A stretch of DNA of 64,000 nt from Calditrichota bacterium (lineage in GTDB: Bacteria; Electryoneota; RPQS01), in contig JACJVZ010000001.1 in assembly GCA_020637445.1 (NCBI GenBank), positions 1,755,952 to 1,819,951 on the forward strand, given 5' to 3'. How positions within the stretch are numbered: the stretch's first letter is position 1; every line of letters begins with the position of its first letter. Below are positions 57,667 through 64,000 of the stretch, one piece after another. The notes under the pieces are model-generated. The model worked only from the letters and a program-made list of their open reading frames with translations, made no database searches and had not been told where the DNA came from. The position numbers and the translations under genes are program-made.

Positions 57667-58508
57667 TGAATCAGATTGTGTCGACGGAGTGGCTGGCCGG
57701 ACATCTTCAAGATGAAGGAATCGTGATCGCAGACGTGCGCTGGGTGCACAAAAATTCCGAGGCTGCTCACCAGAGTTATTTGACCGGTCATATTCCCGGC
57801 GCGGTGTTTGTTGACGTAGACGCGGACTTGTCCGAACTCGGTGATTATTCGAAAGGCAGACATCCGCTGCCGACGCCTGAAGACTTGGTCGAGCGGTTGG
57901 CCCGCAAAGGAATCGGCAAAGGCAAACGAGTCATTTGCACGGAAGAAGAAGCATTCAAAGTAGCCGCAAGATTGTGGTGGCTTTTGCGGTGGATCGGAGT
58001 AGACGACGTCTTGGTGTTGGACGGAGGCGTCGCGAAGTGGAGGGACGAAGGACGGCCGATTGAGACGCGGGAAACGGTGCTGCCGTCCGTCGAGCCGTTT
58101 GACATTCGACTGCGGTCCGCAATGATGATCGAGGCTCCCGAAGTCGCGCGGCGGATCAAGGCAGGCGAAACTGTGCTGGATGCGCGCGCCGCAGAGCGCT
58201 ACCGCGGCGAAGTTGAAGCTCTCGACAAGCGCGCGGGACACATCGACGGAGCAATGAACTTGCCGTTAGATAGTTTTCTTGAAGGCAATCCTCCCAGACT
58301 AAAGAGCGGGGAGACGCTCGCCGAGGTTGTACGTGATTTGCGACTCTCGCCTTCGAAACCCGTGACGGCTTATTGCGGATCGGGCGTGACCGCCTGTCAG
58401 CTTTTGTGGGGACTTTCACAATTAGGATTTGAAAATTTGATACTGTATCCCGGTTCATGGAGCGAATGGATCGAATTGCACCCTGAAGCCGGAGTAGCAC
58501 TAACTTAG
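57666..58508 (+). CDS. Thiosulfate/3-mercaptopyruvate sulfurtransferase (tandem rhodanese)
   Basis: Contains YLTGHIPGAVFVD, ERYRGEVEALDKRAGHIDGAMNLP and the active-site loop AYCGSGVTACQ. Confidence 0.85.
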   Translation: MNQIVSTEWLAGHLQDEGIVIADVRWVHKNSEAAHQSYLTGHIPGAVFVDVDADLSELGDYSKGRHPLPTPEDLVERLARKGIGKGKRVICTEEEAFKVAARLWWLLRWIGVDDVLVLDGGVAKWRDEGRPIETRETVLPSVEPFDIRLRSAMMIEAPEVARRIKAGETVLDARAAERYRGEVEALDKRAGHIDGAMNLPLDSFLEGNPPRLKSGETLAEVVRDLRLSPSKPVTAYCGSGVTACQLLWGLSQLGFENLILYPGSWSEWIELHPEAGVALT

Positions 58509-58522
58509 ATAGGTAGAGAACG

Positions 58523-61042
58523 ATGCATCGGAACGGACTGTTAATCATTTTGGTATGTCTCTTTGTAGTTTCGTTGGCGGCACAGGCGCGTCCCGCAAAG
58601 AAAAACATGTTGAATTCGCGTTTGGCGGAGATCGTCCTGACCACGCCGCTCGACGTCTACACGATTGAAGAAGTCGGCGGTATTTTTGACGAGTACAGCG
58701 GACCGGTTCCGCACGTGTATTTGCTTCCGGAAGACTTCGAGATATTGCGCGCGATGGGTTTTGACGTGCAATGGCTGCCTGTCGTTCGCGAACAGCACAC
58801 TCCGCTCGACTTGTATCACGAGAACGACGATATTGAAGCCGAGTTTGTCGCGTGGGCTGCGGCCTATCCCTCCCTATTTTCTTATCAAAGTATCGGCACG
58901 ACCGTTCAAGGACGGAATTTGTGGATGGCGAAGATTTCGGACAATGTCTCGCAAGATGAGCCTGAGATCGAAGTGAAGTACATTTCCACGATGCACGGTG
59001 ACGAATTGACCGGGCTTGAGAATTGCATAAAGTTTATAGATACGTTGCTGACCGGCTACGGGATCGACCCTGAATTGACGGAATTGGTGGATGACTACGA
59101 AATCTACATCATGCCGTTGATGAATCCCGACGGCCGCGCGGTGGGAACTCTGGGTCAGCGCTATAATGCGCACGGAGTGGATTTGAACCGTGACTTTCCT
59201 GACCGGGTGGACGATTCTACGAACACTACGGCTGGACGCGAACCGGAAACCGCGGCGGTCATGAATTTCAGCGCGACGCGGAATTTTGTACTTTCGGCAA
59301 ACTTCCACGGCGGCACGGTGGTGGCGAACTATCCGTGGGACAACAACTATGCGCACACCAACACGTTTTCGCCGTCGCCGGAAAACACGCTTTTTTATAC
59401 AGTGTCTTTGACATATTCTCAGGAAAACAACACGATGTACCATAGCAGCGCCTTTCCTCCGGACGGCACGACAAACGGCGCGGATTGGTACATCGCAATC
59501 GGGGGCATGCAGGATTGGAATTACGTCTGGATGGGCGACAAAGAGATAACGATAGAGCTTTCGAATACGAAGTCCGGCCCCGAAAGCGCGCTGGACAGTT
59601 TGTGGCGGGAGAACAGAGTGGCGATGATTCGCTATTTGCAGTTCGCGCAAAAAGGTATTCGCGGTATCGTGACAGACGCTCAAACCGGTGATCCGGTGCA
59701 GGCGGACATCATGCTGTCCAATATCCCGTATTTGACGTACAGCAGCGCGCTTCACGGCGAATACTACCGGATTCTTTTGCCGGGAACCTATTCGCTGACT
59801 TTTTCGGCACCGGGCTACGTGAGTCAAACGGTGAATAACATTTCCGTCGTGGATGGAACTCCGACCGTATTGGACATTCAATTAAACCGTGCTCCGCGCC
59901 CGGAAATATCCGTTTTGCCTTCGAGCTTTTCGGAAGCAGTACCGCTGTGTGACACCTACGACGTTGACCTGACGATTTACAATTCCGGCAACGCGCCGCT
60001 GGACTGGAGCTCGAGCGAAGCAGCGCTTAATCTCGGCAACAACGGCGCGACACTTGGCGGAGGACGCTGGATTGACAGTCGTGAAGTCGGCGGGCCCGCG
60101 TACAACTGGGTGGACGTCAGCACAACGGGCACGCAGGTTTCATTTACTTCGGACGATCAAAATCTGGGACCGTATTCGATCGGGTTTAGTTTTCCGTTTT
60201 TTGGCAACACGTATTCTCAAGTACGGATAGCGGCCAACGGCTGGGTATCGTTTACGTCAAGCGCGACCGGTGCCACCTCTTACAACAACGTCTATTTGCC
60301 CAGCAGTTCCGCTCCGGAAAACCTGCTTGCCTGCTGGTGGGACGATCTTAGTCCGCAACGAACCGGAACGAATGTGCGCCGCTGGACAAACAACGTAGAC
60401 AGTTTCATTGTTTCGTTCGAGAACGTGCAGAGCTACGCAAACAGCGGGCTTTACGATTTTGAAATGATCTTGACCGCCGACGGCTCCATCACGTATCAAT
60501 ACGGCGATATGGGAGTCAACAGGCTTGAGTCGTCGACGATCGGCTTGCAGAACAGCGACGGCACCAAAGGCACGACGGTCGTATATAACGCCGCCTATAT
60601 CGAAAACAACATGGCCGTCAAATTCTGTCCGGCGCCGGCAGTGCAAACGATTCCGGCGTCGGGATCAGTCGCAATCGGCGGACAACAGACGGTTACGCTG
60701 CGACTCTCGTCGTGCTGTTTGCCGGATGGAATCTCCGAGACGACTCTGCAAATCGCGTCGAATGATCCGGACACTCCAGTACTTGACGTGCCGGTGACGA
60801 TTGACGCGGGAGGAACATTGGCGCCGCAGCCAGTGGATGACTTGGCGGTCTATGCGGATGACGCGGGACTTCACTTGACTTGGACTGCGGCACAAGATGC
60901 GACGTCGTACTCGGTATGGCGGGGCAGTATTTGGCCCGCGACGACGGAAAATGCGACTTTGATCGGCACGACGGCAAATACGGAATATCTGACGACCGCA
61001 GACGGCGACGGACCAGAATATTTCTTTGTGGTATCTGAATAA
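58523..61042 (+). CDS. Secreted M14-family zinc carboxypeptidase with regulatory (transthyretin-like) domain and C-terminal FN3-like module
   Basis: Signal peptide present. Zinc motif STMHGDELTG, plus NPDGR, DLNRDFP and NFHGGTVVANYPWD. A regulatory domain follows (GIRGIVTDAQTGDPVQADI). The C-terminus is …HLTWTAAQDATSYSVWRG…PEYFFVVSE. Confidence 0.85.
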   Translation: MHRNGLLIILVCLFVVSLAAQARPAKKNMLNSRLAEIVLTTPLDVYTIEEVGGIFDEYSGPVPHVYLLPEDFEILRAMGFDVQWLPVVREQHTPLDLYHENDDIEAEFVAWAAAYPSLFSYQSIGTTVQGRNLWMAKISDNVSQDEPEIEVKYISTMHGDELTGLENCIKFIDTLLTGYGIDPELTELVDDYEIYIMPLMNPDGRAVGTLGQRYNAHGVDLNRDFPDRVDDSTNTTAGREPETAAVMNFSATRNFVLSANFHGGTVVANYPWDNNYAHTNTFSPSPENTLFYTVSLTYSQENNTMYHSSAFPPDGTTNGADWYIAIGGMQDWNYVWMGDKEITIELSNTKSGPESALDSLWRENRVAMIRYLQFAQKGIRGIVTDAQTGDPVQADIMLSNIPYLTYSSALHGEYYRILLPGTYSLTFSAPGYVSQTVNNISVVDGTPTVLDIQLNRAPRPEISVLPSSFSEAVPLCDTYDVDLTIYNSGNAPLDWSSSEAALNLGNNGATLGGGRWIDSREVGGPAYNWVDVSTTGTQVSFTSDDQNLGPYSIGFSFPFFGNTYSQVRIAANGWVSFTSSATGATSYNNVYLPSSSAPENLLACWWDDLSPQRTGTNVRRWTNNVDSFIVSFENVQSYANSGLYDFEMILTADGSITYQYGDMGVNRLESSTIGLQNSDGTKGTTVVYNAAYIENNMAVKFCPAPAVQTIPASGSVAIGGQQTVTLRLSSCCLPDGISETTLQIASNDPDTPVLDVPVTIDAGGTLAPQPVDDLAVYADDAGLHLTWTAAQDATSYSVWRGSIWPATTENATLIGTTANTEYLTTADGDGPEYFFVVSE

Positions 61043-61073
61043 TCGAAATCAAGGCGGGAATGCGGGACGAAAT

Positions 61074-63815
61074 ATGAGTAGACTTGTTTGGGTAACATTG
61101 ATCATGCTGACCGGGCTTCTCGCCGCGCATGCGGCCGAGATTTCGCCCGCATTCGACACGGAGTTGAGTTTAGCGACTACCGGGCAGTTCGTTTCTGGGA
61201 TTGTCATTCTCGAAAGTCCGGTTGACATTCAGGCTTTGGACGACGCCCTGCACGCTCGCAAAGCGTCGCGCGCCGAGCGCTACTCCGAAGTCTATAGTGC
61301 ATTGCATTACAACGCTCGTACGACGCAGCCGAAATTCAAAGGCGAGCTGGACGCGGGCAAGGAACTCGGCTTGGTCGACGGTTATACCGCCTATTGGATC
61401 GAGAATATGTTTGTCGTTAGCGCAAAACCCGAGTTCTTCAACGCGCTTCGTCACCGCAGTGATATTCGCAGCTTGTCCGAGAATTTCGAGGCCGTTTTGA
61501 TTGAACCCGTCAGCCGTCATGACATTGCAGTGTCGGACGACGAGATGCGCCGGCCTGACCGCGATCCGCTCGACACTGAAACGACGACCGAGGGACTGGA
61601 TGCGATTGGCGCAACGCGCGTGAATCGCGAACTGGGTATCGACGGAGAAGGAGTGCTGGTGGCGAACTTGGACACGGGCGTCGACGGGAATCACCCGGCA
61701 CTTGCCTCGCGATGGCGTGGATTGACGGCAGGACCGGCGGCGGCGTGGCACGACGTGATAAACTCAGGTCCAAACTTTCCGACGGATAACAACGCCCACG
61801 GCACGCACACCATGGGTACGATATGCGGACGCGAAATCGAAACCAACGGTGACACGACGACCGTCGGATGCGCACCCGGTGCCGAATGGATCGCCTGCAA
61901 CGCGATCGATCAAGGCGTCAGCAATTTTTTCAACAACGATGTGCTGGACGCCTACGAGTGGTTTGCCAACCCCGACGGCGACAGCTTAACCATCGACGAC
62001 GTTCCTGATATCGTGCAGAACAGTTGGGGCGTCAACGATCTCTTCCCCGGCTACACGGAATGCTGGGACTATTGGGACACGGCAATATTGAATCTTGAAG
62101 CGCTCGGCTGTGTCGTAACTTTCAGCGCGGGCAACGAAGGGCCGTCAGGTTCGTCCATGCGCAGCCCGGCTATTCACGCATACAACGAAGTGCAGATGTT
62201 CTCGGTCGGTGCGGTGGATGCATCCAATTTCGGCACGCCGTACCCGATCGCGAGTTTTTCAAGCCGCGGACCCAGTCCGTGTGAAGGCACGCACATTAAG
62301 CCCGAAGTCGTCGCACCGGGCGTTGATGTAGTCTCAAGCGTTCCCGGCGGCAACTACAGTTCGTACAACGGCACGTCGATGGCAGGGCCGCACGTCGCGG
62401 GCGTCGTGGCACTCATGAGACAGGCATGCCCGAACTGCGACCCGACGACGATTAAGGAAGCGTTGCTAGCCACCGCGATTGACTCAGGTTACGGCGCAAC
62501 AGGAGACGACAACGTATACGGCTACGGTTTCGTCGATGCGTGGGCAGCAGTGAATTTCGTTTACAATCTTGGATCGGTTTTCGGAGTCGTCACGGCAAAC
62601 GGAACTCCAGTCTCCGGTGTGGAAGTCGAGATTTTGGAAGACGGAAGGACGGCGACTACGGCTGCCGACGGCTCCTACTCGCTCGGCGTCAGCGCAGGCA
62701 ACTATACGTTAAGTTTCACGAAATTTGGCTATCTTCCTCTCACGATCAGCAATGTGACGATCTTAGAAGGCGAGCAGACTGAGCTTGATCCTGTGCTTAC
62801 GCTGGCCCCGACGAATATTGTTTCCGGACATGTCTACACGTCGACCGGAGCAGACCTTCCGGATGCGTTGATCGAAGTACTTGACGCTCCAATACCGTCG
62901 GTCACGACCGACGGAAGCGGCTCCTACTCCTTGTCCATGCCCGCAGGCAATACCTATACTTTGCGTGCGACGGGATCGCGCGGAGCCGACCGTGCGGTGT
63001 TTTTGCTTAGCGCGGATACGACCATCAACTTCGCGATGCCGCAGGAAGTACACTGCTATATCTTCGAAACAAGTTCGGAAGGCTGGTACCGCGACTCGCT
63101 CAATGACACGGCAACGCGCGGACGCTGGGGCAGAATGAATCCGGAGCAAACCGAAAATAACGGGTTCATTTGCCAACCGGAGGATGACCACACCGAAAAC
63201 GGAGTAAGCTGCTTTGTCACCGACGGCAACGCAGGCAGTGTCGCGGGAGAAAACGACGTTGACGGCGGCAAGACGTCGCTGCTTTCGCCGATATGGGACT
63301 TGAGTAACGATCAAGACGTCGTGATCGAGATGTACAGTTGGTTTTCGAACGACAATGGCAACAACCCCGGCGAAGACTATTTCGACGTGTTCATTTCGAA
63401 TGACGCTGGCACGACTTGGGTTTCGATGATGCACGAAAGCGAGGACTGGGAAGAGTGGCGGCGCTGCATCTTCTTGCTGGAAGACTACGTCGCGTTGTCC
63501 GATCAGGTGCAAATGAAGATCGTTGCACAGGATTTGGGCAACGGCTCGCTCGTCGAAGCTGCGGTGGATGACATTTGCGTATTGGCTTCCGCGACTTTGC
63601 CTCCGGAAGATCTTACGATCGTGATGCTGGACGAGGGAGTAAAACTCACGTGGCGTCCTGCGGAACGGGCAACAAGCTACACGGTTTGGCGCGGAACGGA
63701 ATTTCCGCCAACAACTTCAAACACGGTGGTCGTAACAACCGTTACGGACACGTCGTTTGTCGACATGACGAATCTCGATTCATTAGGATATTATTTTGTA
63801 ACAGCTAATCGTTGA
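61074..63815 (+). CDS. Secreted subtilisin-like serine peptidase (S8), paralogue of 33159..35666
   Basis: Signal peptide (MSRLVWVTLIMLTGLLAAHA). The propeptide is similar to that of the paralogue. Triad motifs are VANLDTGVDGNHPAL, HGTHTMGT and GTSMAGPHVAG. The C-terminus is …KLTWRPAERATSYTVWRG…LGYYFVTANR. Confidence 0.9.
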   Translation: MSRLVWVTLIMLTGLLAAHAAEISPAFDTELSLATTGQFVSGIVILESPVDIQALDDALHARKASRAERYSEVYSALHYNARTTQPKFKGELDAGKELGLVDGYTAYWIENMFVVSAKPEFFNALRHRSDIRSLSENFEAVLIEPVSRHDIAVSDDEMRRPDRDPLDTETTTEGLDAIGATRVNRELGIDGEGVLVANLDTGVDGNHPALASRWRGLTAGPAAAWHDVINSGPNFPTDNNAHGTHTMGTICGREIETNGDTTTVGCAPGAEWIACNAIDQGVSNFFNNDVLDAYEWFANPDGDSLTIDDVPDIVQNSWGVNDLFPGYTECWDYWDTAILNLEALGCVVTFSAGNEGPSGSSMRSPAIHAYNEVQMFSVGAVDASNFGTPYPIASFSSRGPSPCEGTHIKPEVVAPGVDVVSSVPGGNYSSYNGTSMAGPHVAGVVALMRQACPNCDPTTIKEALLATAIDSGYGATGDDNVYGYGFVDAWAAVNFVYNLGSVFGVVTANGTPVSGVEVEILEDGRTATTAADGSYSLGVSAGNYTLSFTKFGYLPLTISNVTILEGEQTELDPVLTLAPTNIVSGHVYTSTGADLPDALIEVLDAPIPSVTTDGSGSYSLSMPAGNTYTLRATGSRGADRAVFLLSADTTINFAMPQEVHCYIFETSSEGWYRDSLNDTATRGRWGRMNPEQTENNGFICQPEDDHTENGVSCFVTDGNAGSVAGENDVDGGKTSLLSPIWDLSNDQDVVIEMYSWFSNDNGNNPGEDYFDVFISNDAGTTWVSMMHESEDWEEWRRCIFLLEDYVALSDQVQMKIVAQDLGNGSLVEAAVDDICVLASATLPPEDLTIVMLDEGVKLTWRPAERATSYTVWRGTEFPPTTSNTVVVTTVTDTSFVDMTNLDSLGYYFVTANR

Positions 63816-63849
63816 TCGATTAGCTTTGGCATAGGAGAAAGCGACCGGA

Positions 63850-64000
63850 ATGGTGACAACAGAAAATCGGGTGGCCGAACTGACGCGGCCGTCTTCGGAG
63901 TTTCCGCGAAATTTTTTGGCGGAGGAACTGACGCTATCAAGTTGGGACGACGTTTCGAAATATTACTCCGATCTGGAGCACCGCGCGATCGACAGTGTGG
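63850..64000 (+). CDS. 5' fragment of an unidentified gene, possibly an M3-family oligoendopeptidase (runs off the right edge)
   Basis: ATG at 63850, open to the window end: MVTTENRVAELTRPSSEFPRNFLAEELTLSSWDDVSKYYSDLEHR. This resembles N-termini of PepF-type oligoendopeptidases from memory only. Confidence 0.3.
   Translation, partial: MVTTENRVAELTRPSSEFPRNFLAEELTLSSWDDVSKYYSDLEHRAIDSV

Noticed and set aside
1-64000. Search for rRNA, tRNA, CRISPR arrays, prophage or defence-system genes.
   Set aside because: I saw no T-loop-like GGTTCGAATCC motifs in intergenic regions and no short regularly spaced repeats. I saw no integrase, reverse transcriptase, nuclease or ATPase gene sets. The only mobile element seen is the IS3-like insertion.

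Overview
Gene-dense 64-kb window with no rRNA, tRNA or CRISPR array seen. It probably comes from an uncultivated FCB-superphylum bacterium. Four proteins end in a Bacteroidota-type T9SS type-A sorting domain (NYPNPFN...KMLL[LV]K), and the cbb3 oxidase has a fused CcoN-CcoO subunit. All family calls are by-eye motif recognition; no database search was possible.

Recognisable blocks:
- A PerR-like Fur regulator plus catalase.
- A complete cbb3 oxidase and maturation cluster, ccoI-ccoS-ccoNO-ccoQ-ccoP-ccoG-fixH plus a TauE-like gene. ccoS is a 55-aa ORF missing from the supplied track.
- A persulfide/sulfide module: an MBL-rhodanese fusion and two YeeE/YedE genes.
- A TonB-type outer-membrane barrel, a Wzx-like flippase and a rhodanese sulfurtransferase.

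The remainder encodes very large secreted proteins: two Pmp-repeat beta-helix giants (1,235 and 1,133 aa), another beta-helix protein, three S8 peptidases, an M14 carboxypeptidase, a DUF2961/GH172-like protein and an Ig/DUF1566 protein.

The most unusual region is the uninterrupted minus-strand run at 33-54 kb. Its main parts are:
- A tandem three-gene family of cysteine-rich T9SS cargo proteins with no recognisable functional domain. One member carries four 113-aa ten-Cys modules, two of them almost identical at DNA level apart from a variable patch.
- A second family member split by an intact 1,600-bp IS3-like element with a 10-bp target duplication.
- An orphan multi-PAS hybrid kinase and single-domain receiver directly upstream.
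- An operon of two small secreted helical proteins plus a 1,391-aa S8-like protein, which appears to have Glu at the catalytic Asp position.

A second recurring signal is a roughly 70-aa FN3-like module at the extreme C-terminus of at least five secreted proteins that lack the T9SS tag.
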